Shown piece after piece: positions 24,956 through 36,406 of a DNA stretch of 64,000 nt (positions within the stretch are counted from its first letter, which is position 1; each line of letters opens with the position of its first letter). Both the position numbers and the translations under genes were made by a program. This DNA is from Pachysolen tannophilus NRRL Y-2460 (lineage: Eukaryota): assembly GCA_001661245.1 (NCBI GenBank), contig KV454017.1, positions 713,903 through 777,902 on the forward strand, written 5' to 3'. The notes beneath the pieces are model-generated. The model was given only the letters and a program-made list of their open reading frames with translations. It was not told the DNA's origin and ran no database searches.

Positions 24956-25589
24956 CAAGAAAACAACAAGAAAAAAAAAAATTAAATTTAGAGAAAGATT
25001 TTGTTTTACATTCAAAATTTTGTTCCGTTTTTTAGACATGTTTTTAAAATTGTTTTCATTTATTTCTAAGTTTTTTTTTTTTTTTTTTCTTTTTTTTCTT
25101 TCTACACCAACTTGTTCTTTGATTTGATATATACCTATACTCATGAAGATAAATGGGAAACGTTTCATTTATCTTTGATGACTACTCGAATTATTTTATT
25201 TTATTTGGCGTGTGTGTGTGTGCTTTTTTATGTTCTTTTTCTTCTTTTTAGTTTTTGTTTTTATTTATCAACAGCTGTATATCAATACATATCTATATCC
25301 TGAAATCTGTTCAAGTAGTTTTGTCTTCTATCTTATAAAAACATCAAAGGCAATTTTGAAATGAAAAAAAAAAAAAAAAAAGACAAAAAATTTATAATAA
25401 TATAATTGACAAAAAGAACAATTTTGAAGTTATAAAACTTTTAACTATAATACAAAAAATTAAGAAATAAAACAATTTTTTAGTTGAAAGATAATACAAT
25501 ATGCTCAATATTTTAAATTGAAGCATTAAAAAATCAAAAATAAAAATAAAAATATATATTAAAAATCAATAAAGAGAAAAGGAGAAAAC

Positions 25590-27608
25590 TTAACCAAATT
25601 CGAAAAACCCATTATCACCGATTTTGGGTTCTAAAGAACTGACAATATCATTTGTGCCATCAGTGTTGCTATCTTCAATATTTCCAAACCTAAAAGATTG
25701 ATTCCCATTCATTCCTGTGGTTCCAGCCACATTTGAATTAATCAAATTATGAGAATTATTATTAATTACATTAATAAAATTGCAATTAGGTTTGAAAACT
25801 GCTGAAGGAGCATCATGGTTTAAACTTGCAGGGTAAAACTCATTTTTATTATTGATATAATTCTCAAAGAGTGCTTCAATTGATCTTACCAATTCTTCAT
25901 TATATCCCCCGTTACCATTACCGTTATCATCATCATCATTACCATTCATAAAATCATTCATTAAAGTTTCCAATATAGTAACTCCACCACAATCTTCAAA
26001 GAAAATAGCATACTCGTTCAGTTGGTTATAATTCTGAAGATAACCTTTTTGTGAAAGATATTCCCCAGTTGCTAAAATTTTATCAAGTGAATTTAATATA
26101 ACTTGTTGAACGTCAGTAGTAGCTATAAATAATAAATCGCAAAGTGGTTTAAAAATTCCTTGCTTCACCAAGAAAGGTATAATTTCAACCGATGATTTTG
26201 GAAGAGCCTTAGGCATATCTATTGTGGTGAGTTGTTCTTGTTGTGAAGAAGAATATTGGATCGCATTACAAATAGCCAAACATGCCTCAGTCCTTGTCTG
26301 GTAATCACCATGAACTAATAAATGTATCAAAGGTGGAATTAAGTTTGTGTCAAATATCAGATAAATCATTTCTGGAGAACATTTATTTATTAGACCAATT
26401 AAAGAACAACAGTCTCTTTTCAAATTAATTGATTCAGCTGAACTTGTAAAAATTATTAATAAATCTTTTAATAATCCACATTCTACCAATATTGGTGTTG
26501 CTTTTTGAGAAGTTGCAGTTATAATATTTTTCATTATTTGAATACAATGGCTTTTCAATTCACGATGTTTTTTTAATTTCAAAAAATCCTTAATAATCAA
26601 TTCATGAATTTTAAAATCCATTAAAATTGATGATCTTATATTTGTCAATAATTCATTCGATAAGAATTCAATTGCCATCAACAAATCTTTTAAAACCATT
26701 GGATCTTGTTCTGGATGATTCAACATTGAGTACAATTGAGGGATAACATATCTCAACACATTCCAATTTGAAGACGGAAGTCTCCCATACCTATCAGTTT
26801 TACACAATTGCATGAATACCCAACTTGCTTTACGTTTAAGACTGAATGAAGAAGAAGAAGAATCAATAGAACCAAATTGTTGTGGATTATCTTCCATTAA
26901 TAGTATTTCAATCAACTTTACGATACCGCCACTTATTATAATATAATTTCTAACTTCTTCAGCATTCAAATTATCAATACACAAATTACCAAGACACCAT
27001 ATAGCTTCTTCTTTTATTTTCAAATTTGTAGTTGATTGTAACAATCCCATTAAAACAGGCAAGATATTTCCTTCTTCTATAAGATACCTGGTATGATTTG
27101 TATTACCACATGCAATATTTGTTAAAGACCACAATGATTCGTATTGAAATTTTTCATCATTTCTTTCTAAAAAACCAATCAATATTGGAATAAAACCTAG
27201 ACTAATTGATTCATCCAAGGGCGGTATACAATTAGAATTTGCTGAAGAAGATAACAAATCTCTAAAAGCGCATAACGAGGAAAATTGTTTCTCCAGATCA
27301 TTTGTCGCTTGTAAATTGAATAAAATATCTTGTAAAACAGGTATTAACGAAGGGTTTGAATATTGACAATTACCATTATCTTCTATTCTTAATTCTTGAT
27401 TCTCATCGTTATTCCCAACTTCTTCTTCAAGCCTCTTTTTATGAATTTTCCTAATTTTCATCAATTGCTCTTCTTTTTTCTGCTTCCGTAAACTAACTTG
27501 ATTTCCTTGTCTCCGCCTTCTAAGTTCATCTGCTTGAAATCTATCTCTATTTTTAAAATTATTTTTCCTATGATCAGGTATAAACCTGGTGGTTGTATCC
27601 ATATCCAT
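25590..27608 (-). CDS. Divergent importin-alpha (Srp1/Kap60-like)
   Basis: IBB domain (RFIPDHRKNNFKN...ADELRRRR...LRKQKKEEQL), ARM repeats (QYESLWSLTNIA, EAIWCLGNL, LIPPLIHLL, KPLCDLL, FEDCGG) and an F/G-rich tail. Many consensus residues are altered. Confidence 0.85.
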   Translation of the reverse strand: MDMDTTTRFIPDHRKNNFKNRDRFQADELRRRRQGNQVSLRKQKKEEQLMKIRKIHKKRLEEEVGNNDENQELRIEDNGNCQYSNPSLIPVLQDILFNLQATNDLEKQFSSLCAFRDLLSSSANSNCIPPLDESISLGFIPILIGFLERNDEKFQYESLWSLTNIACGNTNHTRYLIEEGNILPVLMGLLQSTTNLKIKEEAIWCLGNLCIDNLNAEEVRNYIIISGGIVKLIEILLMEDNPQQFGSIDSSSSSFSLKRKASWVFMQLCKTDRYGRLPSSNWNVLRYVIPQLYSMLNHPEQDPMVLKDLLMAIEFLSNELLTNIRSSILMDFKIHELIIKDFLKLKKHRELKSHCIQIMKNIITATSQKATPILVECGLLKDLLIIFTSSAESINLKRDCCSLIGLINKCSPEMIYLIFDTNLIPPLIHLLVHGDYQTRTEACLAICNAIQYSSSQQEQLTTIDMPKALPKSSVEIIPFLVKQGIFKPLCDLLFIATTDVQQVILNSLDKILATGEYLSQKGYLQNYNQLNEYAIFFEDCGGVTILETLMNDFMNGNDDDDNGNGNGGYNEELVRSIEALFENYINNKNEFYPASLNHDAPSAVFKPNCNFINVINNNSHNLINSNVAGTTGMNGNQSFRFGNIEDSNTDGTNDIVSSLEPKIGDNGFFEFG

Positions 27609-28875
27609 AATTACACTTACTATCTTTTAACACAATACAATACTAGACAAGTCTATGCTTCATAAACAAATACAATCAAAATATAACTGAACATACACCA
27701 AAATTAACAACTAAAAAGCTTTAAAAAAAAAATAAAATAAAAAAAAAAAAAAAAAACCTTTTCGATATTAATATGTTAAAAGTAATAATAATACTGAACT
27801 TTGAACCTTTTGTACCTATTGTAACGCCGATAACAAAATAAGTTGTTATATCTAGCTATTTCCTAATAAATATATATATATATAGTTGAATATACATCTA
27901 TCATTTATTTATTAATTTATTTCTTTATTCTTTTTATTTCTACCAAAGGGCGTAACGCGGTTAGAATAATAAAAGTATATAATAATAATTTATCTATTTA
28001 TTTTAAACTTGATACTTTTTCTCTTTCATCGATGAGACTCGAAATAAGTTCGAGACTTTTCCGCAATGGGCTCTCCTAAATAGGAAAGAGCTCAAAGCGG
28101 AAAAGTGTGCCCAAATGCGGAAGCATCTAGTTTGACTACTAAAAACGGCGATTGCCCCATTCTGCAAGCAAAATTTATTCTCTGCATTCTGCATGAAAGA
28201 ATTTATCTACATCTGTTTTGCTGTATTACCAGATGTAGTAAAATAAGTAGACAATAAGTAGACGGAATGCAAATGAATGTAAAGTACCATGTGGTGGGGA
28301 TAAGGCAGATTGAAATTTTTGCAAAAAAAAAAATTAATTTTGCTTATGCTTACAGTTTGGATTAATAACTAATGAGGTAGGGTGGTTCATTGCCTGAAAA
28401 AAAATAGAGGCTAGTTAGTTGTCATGGTGATTTTAATAATTTTACATGTAGTAGTAGCAAAGTTGAGCCTTGATGGTAATAATAATTTTAATTATATAAC
28501 ACTTTTACTGAATATTGATATAATTACTACATTTACAATTATTACCGAGTTATTCAGTGAGGTTTTTTTTAAAATTGACAAGAAATGGGTTATAACATCA
28601 GAGCTTACACTTTATGTTTTTGAATTTTGTTTTATAGTACGATAATTATGAAATAATGTAAGGAATAATTAATTGTAAGCCGCATGGGGCACAGATATAA
28701 AGCATAAACTCTGCATTTAATGTTTGTTCAACCTTGTAAAATTAAAAAGAAAAATGCTTTGATTAATTGAATTCTACAATTGTATTAGATACGATTAGCA
28801 ATGCATTTTTTTGAATATTAAATGTGAAAATTATATTAAATAAAAATATGGAATCTAGATCTATTAACAAAATGT

Positions 28876-31800
28876 TCATTCAAAGTTTTGTAAAGGAAAT
28901 ACTTTCCCAAAATCGTCTGTATTGGATCTCAATAATTTTAATTTCAACAGACTGTAAGCGATGATGAATCGATAACTAAATGTAATTACTATCAAGACAC
29001 CTAATAACATAGGGTAGTTATAAGTTAAGCCATAGGCTTTCAAGACTTCTTCACCATTACTCATATAACAGCTACCATCACTGTTTGTAGGACCACCATC
29101 ACTACAAGTGAATTTATCTTCTTTCCTAAAGCTCATATTGGTAGCTGCCATCACACCATAATGCAAAGGTGAGACCCAATTTATACCTCTTAAAAATCCA
29201 CACATGTCCAACGACATTAATCCAGCCATAAATGTACTTATAGATAAAAAAATAGAAATAACATTAACGGCAAAACCTACATGATCGAAAACAGTATTGA
29301 ATATTATTCCCAAAGATTCACCACAATTGACAACAGCAGAACAGATGTAAATCAGCGCAAAAAATAATCCAGGAGTTCTAGGTAATCCAACAGCTAAAAC
29401 GTTTAGGCAAGCAAATGGAATACCACTTATTATTTCAAAAGGTACTTCGATAGTCAAATATGATAAAAAGAAAGAATCAAGACCAACAACGTTATCATGG
29501 AATTCTTCGTAAAAAAAATTTCTTTCTTGAGGGTATACTCCAACATTGTTAATCATTCCAATGAAATACAATGGAGTAAATGCCTGCTGAATCAAACCTA
29601 GTCTATTTGTTATACCAATATAACTATGATGCAATGGTGCAAAGAAAAGACACAAGATTACACCCATACCAGCAACTTGAGTAATACGGTTGAAAAAAAC
29701 TGTTGGGTTTCTCACAACCCCTAACCATTGTCTCTTACATAACAAGATATAACCAATAAAAAATGGTGCCGGTTCTCTAATAATAGTACCAAAAATTTTT
29801 GATATTTGTTCATTTTTATCCAATTCAGTATAATCAAAATCGTTAAAGTTACTATAGTTGACATCTTTTTTCCAAGATTCTAATAATGATACAACTCTTT
29901 TTTTCGAAGTTTCTTCTAATGCAGCATTCTGAGTATTAACACTTATTATGTCCAAGACGTGATCAGCAACATTAGTCAATTTCGGACAAGGATATCCCAA
30001 TTTTTCAAAATAAGTTATCATAGCTTGAGGCGAGCCATTATATGCAACATTACCTCCTTTTGCCAATAATAATATACTTCCAAATTGCTTAAATAAATCA
30101 GATCGTGGTTGATGAATAGTCATAATAACGGTCTTACCCTCGTCACTTAATTTTTTTAGTACAGACAAGATAGAGGACGCAGTAAAGGAATCTAAACCAG
30201 ATGTTGGCTCGTCTAATAATAATACTTTTGGATTGTTCAATAACTGAATAGCAATTGACACTCTTCGCTTTTCACCACCGGATATACCTTTTATGAATTC
30301 CGAGCCAATGGGGGTATTCTGACAATCTCGTAAACCCATTTTCAAAATAATCTCTTTAACTATTGCATCCATTTCTCTCTTAGACATTTTTTTTGATAAC
30401 CTTAACCCTGCTGCAAATTGCAAAGTCTCTTTTACAGTCAAAGAGGGCAATAAATTATCATCATCTTGAGAAACATATGAACAAATAGACCTTATTACAC
30501 CTGGTTGAACACAATAATTATTAAAGAAAATTTTACCGGCAGATGAATATTTTGTAATTAATCCTGATGTGACCCTTCCGCTAATAAGATTCAACAAAGA
30601 AGATTTCCCGGAACCAGATGGACCCATTATAGCGTTCAAACTACCATATTTGAAAGATGCATTTATTTCATTTAATATAATCTTTCTGGTTCTTGATTCT
30701 CCCTTATGAAATGGGTTAAGCGTTGGACCCCAATTTTTTATAGTAACACCTAAATAAACATCTTTCAAATAAACATTTATACCTCCCTTCTCTTCCTCTT
30801 GAAAGTGGTTATTCGTTTGCATTGCATTTTGTAGTTTTTCTTTTTCATCTTGCTCTTCTATATTATCAACTGTTGTGCTCTCTTCTTTGCTTTCACTTTG
30901 GTTTATCTGCTTAGCTAAAGAAACATCAACCACTTTATATTTGAAAATTATTCCTGCGATAATATAGAACCCAATTGCCCAACAGAGTTCAACACAGAGA
31001 GGCAAAGTAATCCAATTCTGCCAAAATCCTAACGTTTTAATAATATATTCCCCACTATAAGAAGCACAAATGGTATCAACATTCGGGTCACCCAGGTATT
31101 CATCAAAACAATCACCCTGATAATTTGTAAATTGATTTGATATCACTGCACCAAATCCATACCATACATAGGCGATATATTTTGTCCACCTTACATAAAC
31201 CGGCATAGTCTTTGCATTGACGAAAAATCCACAGGCCATTGATTGTAAAACAAAATTTAAATTCCCAAATACTGAAGAAACCGCAAAATTCCTAGATATT
31301 GCAATACAAACCATTGCAAATGTCATAGAGCACATGTGATTCAACATCACATTGGATAAAAATATGAAATAATGCCTTGCGGAATCAGTTCTTAGTCCAA
31401 CCATGAAATAGAGGATAATTGAATGCAAAAATGGAATAAAAAAATCCTCACAAATTAGTTTAGCTATTCTTCTTGATATTAAAAATCCCGGAATAGATAT
31501 ACAATTTTCTAGTCTCTCTGAATCAAAAACACTGATATCGTTCAAAGACAACCTGTAGATTTCAAATAACAACATTAAATAGCCTTGTAACCCATTTGAA
31601 GTATACAAGGCACCTTCAACTGTCTTAATACCTGTTAATGAGCCTCCCGGTTTATAAAAAACCCAACCACAAACTATTCCTACAATAACAGCTTCTAGAT
31701 ATAACGATGAAATCGTCATTGGATCTCTATATGTTAATAGCATATTTCTTCGTGTTAAAATAGCCAATTCTCTCATGAATGGGGCTCCTTTAGTATTATC

Positions 31801-32964
31801 TAAAATGTGATTGTCGGTGTTGTTCAGTTCAAATCTATTCATTTCAATTTGCTTATCAATTACCTTATCATCTAGAAGGATACTATGTTCTTTTTTCTTC
31901 CAAAAAGCAACTGTTTGTACCAATCTCTTTGAAGATGTTGCTTCTGCTTCTGGAGTCCTAACATCAACACTTGTTATATCAATCAAATAATCTGCAGGAT
32001 TAACATTTTCTGGAACATCATAACCCAACTCACTGAAATGAGGTAATATTGAGTCACACTTGTAGCCATAACATAGTTTACCTCTACTTAGAACCAAAAT
32101 ATTGTCAAATAGAAAAAAAATATCTGATCTTGGTTGATGAATGCTTACTATAAAAGTTTTGCCCTTTTTCGCTAAATTTTTTAAAGTCTTGATCAATAAA
32201 TAAGCACTATAAGCATCCAATCCGGTAGTTGGTTCATCTAGAAACAATACTGAAGGATTGGATAACATTTGGATCCCCAATGATAATCGTCTCTTTTCAC
32301 CTCCTGAAAGACCTTTATGCTGAGAATCTCCAACTAATGTGTTTTTACAATCTTTCAAGCCTAACTCTAAAATAATTTCGTTCACTAATTCTAATCTTTT
32401 CAATTTATTTGTCAATTTCGGTAAGCGTAATTCAGCTGCAAATAATAGTGTTTCAAAACAAGTCAAATTAGGTAACAAAACATCTTTCTGTATAACATAT
32501 GCGTGTCGTATTGAATTTATATTTGAATCTCCATTAAACTCTATTATTCCTTCTTTCACTAAATTAGCAGAGTTTGTGTAACGGTTGGACAAAGTATTTA
32601 GCAACGTTGTCTTCCCTGAACCTGATCCACCCATTATAGCAGTGACAGTTCCTGCTGCAATATCAAAAGAAACAGGATATAATATAGTTTTCACATTTTG
32701 CAGTTCTGTATCATTTTCAAGCCTTTTCCTTTTTTTCAAGAAAAATTTGACTTTGGAACTTATTCTTGCCAGCACAGATAAATCCCGAACTTTTATTGAT
32801 ACTCTCTCAGTCAGAGAAAATGACAAATTATTGACTGAAGAAATAGATGAACTCTCAAGACAATCATTTTTCGAATAAACAGTCTGAACGTGAGTTAATG
32901 GATCATCATCTCCAACTTTATCTTTATCATTACCGACTCGATTTCTAAAATAAAAGTCCACCAT
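28876..32964 (-). CDS. Full-length ABCG transporter (NBD-TMD)x2, YOL075C-like
   Basis: Two canonical NBDs (GGSGSGKT/LSGGEKRR and [16 protein letters not shown]), each followed by a TMD. First ATG at 32964. Confidence 0.88.
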   Translation of the reverse strand: MVDFYFRNRVGNDKDKVGDDDPLTHVQTVYSKNDCLESSSISSVNNLSFSLTERVSIKVRDLSVLARISSKVKFFLKKRKRLENDTELQNVKTILYPVSFDIAAGTVTAIMGGSGSGKTTLLNTLSNRYTNSANLVKEGIIEFNGDSNINSIRHAYVIQKDVLLPNLTCFETLLFAAELRLPKLTNKLKRLELVNEIILELGLKDCKNTLVGDSQHKGLSGGEKRRLSLGIQMLSNPSVLFLDEPTTGLDAYSAYLLIKTLKNLAKKGKTFIVSIHQPRSDIFFLFDNILVLSRGKLCYGYKCDSILPHFSELGYDVPENVNPADYLIDITSVDVRTPEAEATSSKRLVQTVAFWKKKEHSILLDDKVIDKQIEMNRFELNNTDNHILDNTKGAPFMRELAILTRRNMLLTYRDPMTISSLYLEAVIVGIVCGWVFYKPGGSLTGIKTVEGALYTSNGLQGYLMLLFEIYRLSLNDISVFDSERLENCISIPGFLISRRIAKLICEDFFIPFLHSIILYFMVGLRTDSARHYFIFLSNVMLNHMCSMTFAMVCIAISRNFAVSSVFGNLNFVLQSMACGFFVNAKTMPVYVRWTKYIAYVWYGFGAVISNQFTNYQGDCFDEYLGDPNVDTICASYSGEYIIKTLGFWQNWITLPLCVELCWAIGFYIIAGIIFKYKVVDVSLAKQINQSESKEESTTVDNIEEQDEKEKLQNAMQTNNHFQEEEKGGINVYLKDVYLGVTIKNWGPTLNPFHKGESRTRKIILNEINASFKYGSLNAIMGPSGSGKSSLLNLISGRVTSGLITKYSSAGKIFFNNYCVQPGVIRSICSYVSQDDDNLLPSLTVKETLQFAAGLRLSKKMSKREMDAIVKEIILKMGLRDCQNTPIGSEFIKGISGGEKRRVSIAIQLLNNPKVLLLDEPTSGLDSFTASSILSVLKKLSDEGKTVIMTIHQPRSDLFKQFGSILLLAKGGNVAYNGSPQAMITYFEKLGYPCPKLTNVADHVLDIISVNTQNAALEETSKKRVVSLLESWKKDVNYSNFNDFDYTELDKNEQISKIFGTIIREPAPFFIGYILLCKRQWLGVVRNPTVFFNRITQVAGMGVILCLFFAPLHHSYIGITNRLGLIQQAFTPLYFIGMINNVGVYPQERNFFYEEFHDNVVGLDSFFLSYLTIEVPFEIISGIPFACLNVLAVGLPRTPGLFFALIYICSAVVNCGESLGIIFNTVFDHVGFAVNVISIFLSISTFMAGLMSLDMCGFLRGINWVSPLHYGVMAATNMSFRKEDKFTCSDGGPTNSDGSCYMSNGEEVLKAYGLTYNYPMLLGVLIVITFSYRFIIAYSLLKLKLLRSNTDDFGKVFPLQNFE

Positions 32965-33256
32965 AACAACAACTCGCAACAACTCGCAACAACTTACGGT
33001 TAGATAAATGACCTCACACAGAGTCTCACCTTCTTCCTATCTTAAAAGCTGAACAACCTTTACAAATATAATTAAATACTATCACAACATAGAAATTGCA
33101 AAATTACAAAATAGTGAAAAATCTACGTCGTTTGCAAAATACCAAAATTTGTAGTCTATTTACAACAATGTTATTTAAACCTGTTTCTATTTATCAATCT
33201 ATTTATGGTATGGTATATATAAGATCAAACCTCTATCATTAGCATATCAAGTGGGT

Positions 33257-35947
33257 TTAAGTGAGAGGTGCTTTTAAAGGGTCGATGACTGTTCCATGTT
33301 TGGCAACTATTCTTGGCATTGTCAATTTCTGGTGAACTTCTCTAGTTGTCCATTCTTGACCAATTGGCATTCTCAAAGATCTTTCGTATTGTTCCATTGT
33401 TTCGAATGGATATGGAACACCATTTGCTTGATATTTTATATTTTTCTTATTGACTTTCTCATTGATAATAACGTTTTTCATGTTTTTGTCTTTTCTTTTA
33501 TCTTTTTGAATTATACCGTCAATTTTTTTAACAATTTTTCTCTTTTTCTTTTTTTCATTTCCTCCTGCCCAATCACCCCACCCGGGTAATGTTAAGTCTA
33601 CCTCTTTGTCTCCTTCATCTTCTATGACTTGATTTTTCTCAGCTTCAAATTCCTTAATAACGTCATCACCTGCAAATGCTTCCTTTATTAAGTTTTTTTG
33701 TTTAAACATGTGAATCTTAGAGCCATCTTCTTCTGTCTCTTTTTCATCATTAGGGTCACAAAATGCATCGACAAAGTGTAAAGTTTCACTCATATCAATT
33801 ATAGTATCTTCATTATCAGCCTCGGTGGCCGATCTTTTCTTATTCTTGGATATCTTATTCTGAGATTTATCTAATTTGTTTGAATTTTTATCTACAATGG
33901 CAATTTTTTTAGATTTTTGCTTTGAACCAGAATCAACAGTTAACCAAGGATTAGAAGAAACTTCTTTATGTTCATCAACGTTGTTAATATTCTGCTCATT
34001 CTTATCGGACAATAATTTCCCATTAGATCTATTGGATTTCCCAGTACTTAATTTATTTGCTAAACTCTTTGATTCATCAATTTTAATTTCTTTTAAAAAT
34101 TCTTCATCTGCTTTGTTAACTGCTTGTTTTTTCCCATTAGCAGATGGTTCATAAACTCTTCTACCTTCAGATTTTTCTAAATTGATGGAATTTGCAGGTT
34201 TTTCAAAATCTTCTAAATCAATTCCTCCATTTGCTTCAAATTCTCTTAATTCTTTTAAATAAATCTGATTTTCTTTTCTTTCTTTTTCATGAGCATTTTT
34301 CATAAAATCCATAGCCATTACACCTTTTCCCAACTTACTTCTAAGAATTTGTTGTTCAGCCAAATCACCATCTTTTTCTTTTTCCAAATCTGAAAGATTA
34401 TAAGAATCTTCATCATCTTCATTTTCATCACGACCCATTATTTTAGCCTTCAATCTTTCACCTTGTCTAAGCATTTCTTCCATTTCTTCTCTATTTTCCA
34501 GATCTTTAGACATACCACTCTTGATCATTGATTTAGCCCAGTTAGAACGGTTTTTATATTTGAGGGACATTCTTTCCTTTGCTCTTTTATAATCGTGTTC
34601 TTCATCATCAGATCCATCTTCTTCAACTAATTCTTTATTTTTCAATATTTCCTTCTTCTTTATCTTATGATATGATTTGGATTTAATCTTTTTAATTCTT
34701 TTAGCTCGTCTTTCTTCTCTAAACATCAATTCTCTCATTAATCTTAATTCATTTTGTCTTTTACGTAATTCTTCAGATGACAATTTTGCTGTGGCAATCT
34801 CTTCAAATGTCAGTTCCTTTTGAGTATCAGCTAATGCAGATTCTTCCAAGACTGAATTAACTTTATTTTCTAATTCTGAAACTGATTCTTTAGAAGGAAC
34901 AAACGTTGAAACTTCATTATGCTCAACTGGCGGATTCATTGGGAATCGTAAAACTTCAGCACGACGATTCTGTTTAACTGTGTCTTGCCACTTATTGACT
35001 TCCTCCTTTTGAATTTCATAACCTGCTTTACGTTCATGTCTTTGTTTTATTCTCTGCAGAAGAGGAACGGCCAATGGCTTATTATTATCAGAATCTTCTT
35101 TATCAATCAATATTGCCTTTTCTGAATCTGCTGAATTAACAGCTGCCATCATATCTGCTAAAGATAATTTCTTACCATTTGTTGGCAAATTATAAAAATT
35201 TTCTTCAGTTTCCAAATTCACTAATCTTTTCTTTTCTCTTTTGGTTGCTGATTTATCTTTCAATGAATCCACAACTGTTTTCAATTGGAAATCATCATTG
35301 TCGGAGACTTCAGAAAAGGGATCATCTTCTTCCACTTCTTCTTCATCGTCTTCATCATCTTCATCATCATCATCTTCATCTTCATCGTCTTGTTCTTCTT
35401 CTGAGGACTCATCACTATCAGACTTTTCCGAACCGTAATCATCATCTAAAACTAAATCATTATTAGTTTTGTTGAAACCTTTTTCTTGTGTTGATGATTT
35501 CTTGGCCTTTTCCTTATCATCTAAATCCCAAATTTCAGCCAATGTCATTAATTCACCTTCATCATAACTCTGCTCGCCATCGCTTTCATCCTCACTAATA
35601 TGTTCACCTCTCTTTTTCAGTTTTTGCTTATCTCTAATTGTTTGAGAAAACCTAGAATCTAAAACATCGTAATCATCATCCGAACCCAAAGCTTCATCGG
35701 AATCTATCTCTTCATCTTCAAACTCTGATTCTGATCCTGATTCCTCTTTACCTTTATGGCCATTGCCCATTAATTTCTTGGCATTCAATATACCTTTCTT
35801 GGAATTGAAATTATCATTTTCTTCATCTGATGCATAATCAGACAGTTGTTGTTTCTTACGATTCTCAGCCTTTTCAGCTAGCTGAAAAGCATCTAAAGCT
35901 CTTCTCTTAGACTTGGTCCTTGAAGTCTTATTACCTTTCAGAGCCAT
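33257..35947 (-). CDS. UTP14: U3 snoRNP / SSU processome protein
   Basis: ATG at 35947. LRLMRELMFREE, RIKKIKSKSYH, LTLPGWGDWAG, PYPFETMEQYERSLRMPIGQEW. Confidence 0.95.
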   Translation of the reverse strand: MALKGNKTSRTKSKRRALDAFQLAEKAENRKKQQLSDYASDEENDNFNSKKGILNAKKLMGNGHKGKEESGSESEFEDEEIDSDEALGSDDDYDVLDSRFSQTIRDKQKLKKRGEHISEDESDGEQSYDEGELMTLAEIWDLDDKEKAKKSSTQEKGFNKTNNDLVLDDDYGSEKSDSDESSEEEQDDEDEDDDDEDDEDDEEEVEEDDPFSEVSDNDDFQLKTVVDSLKDKSATKREKKRLVNLETEENFYNLPTNGKKLSLADMMAAVNSADSEKAILIDKEDSDNNKPLAVPLLQRIKQRHERKAGYEIQKEEVNKWQDTVKQNRRAEVLRFPMNPPVEHNEVSTFVPSKESVSELENKVNSVLEESALADTQKELTFEEIATAKLSSEELRKRQNELRLMRELMFREERRAKRIKKIKSKSYHKIKKKEILKNKELVEEDGSDDEEHDYKRAKERMSLKYKNRSNWAKSMIKSGMSKDLENREEMEEMLRQGERLKAKIMGRDENEDDEDSYNLSDLEKEKDGDLAEQQILRSKLGKGVMAMDFMKNAHEKERKENQIYLKELREFEANGGIDLEDFEKPANSINLEKSEGRRVYEPSANGKKQAVNKADEEFLKEIKIDESKSLANKLSTGKSNRSNGKLLSDKNEQNINNVDEHKEVSSNPWLTVDSGSKQKSKKIAIVDKNSNKLDKSQNKISKNKKRSATEADNEDTIIDMSETLHFVDAFCDPNDEKETEEDGSKIHMFKQKNLIKEAFAGDDVIKEFEAEKNQVIEDEGDKEVDLTLPGWGDWAGGNEKKKKRKIVKKIDGIIQKDKRKDKNMKNVIINEKVNKKNIKYQANGVPYPFETMEQYERSLRMPIGQEWTTREVHQKLTMPRIVAKHGTVIDPLKAPLT

Positions 35948-36040
35948 GACAAAATTCAAATGTTAAAAAAGCTTCCTTTCCTTCACTTGAAAGTCTCTTT
36001 AAAAAACCTTTACTACTTTTTACTTGTCTTTATAGAAATT

Positions 36041-36144
36041 AAAATTTTCAGATAAAATAAAAAAAAAAAATTTTTTTTTTTTAAAAAAAAAGAAAAAAAA
36101 AGTGAAAAAAAAAATCCAAAAATTGCAGTTTCCTAAATAGGAAG
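36041..36144. promoter_or_regulatory. RRPE element and Mcm1-type box upstream of UTP14
   Basis: AAAATTTTCA (reverse complement TGAAAATTTT) at 36041-36050 and TTTCCTAAATAGGAA at 36129-36143. Confidence 0.5.
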
Positions 36145-36406
36145 TCAAAATTAAACCATTTGATTAGATAAATATCATTTTAACACAACAGAACAACAAC
36201 AACAACAGGAAGAGTTTTTGAAACTGTTAGAGAAGATCAATATTTGCTTAGGGTGGTTAGGTATTACTATTTTCATTTTATGTAGAAAAAAAGAAAGAAA
36301 CTTTGGTGAAAAAAGGTGAAAAAAGGTAGGACTAAAAAGAAAAAAAAGAAAAGCATATTGCGTAAATACTAAGATCTAAATTGAAACAACATTTTTTTTT
36401 TTATAT

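Noticed and set aside
32945..32997. Possible intron GTAAGT...TTTTAG at the 5' end of the ABCG gene
   Set aside because: No convincing branch site and no upstream ATG-containing exon found. An in-frame ATG lies inside it at 32964.
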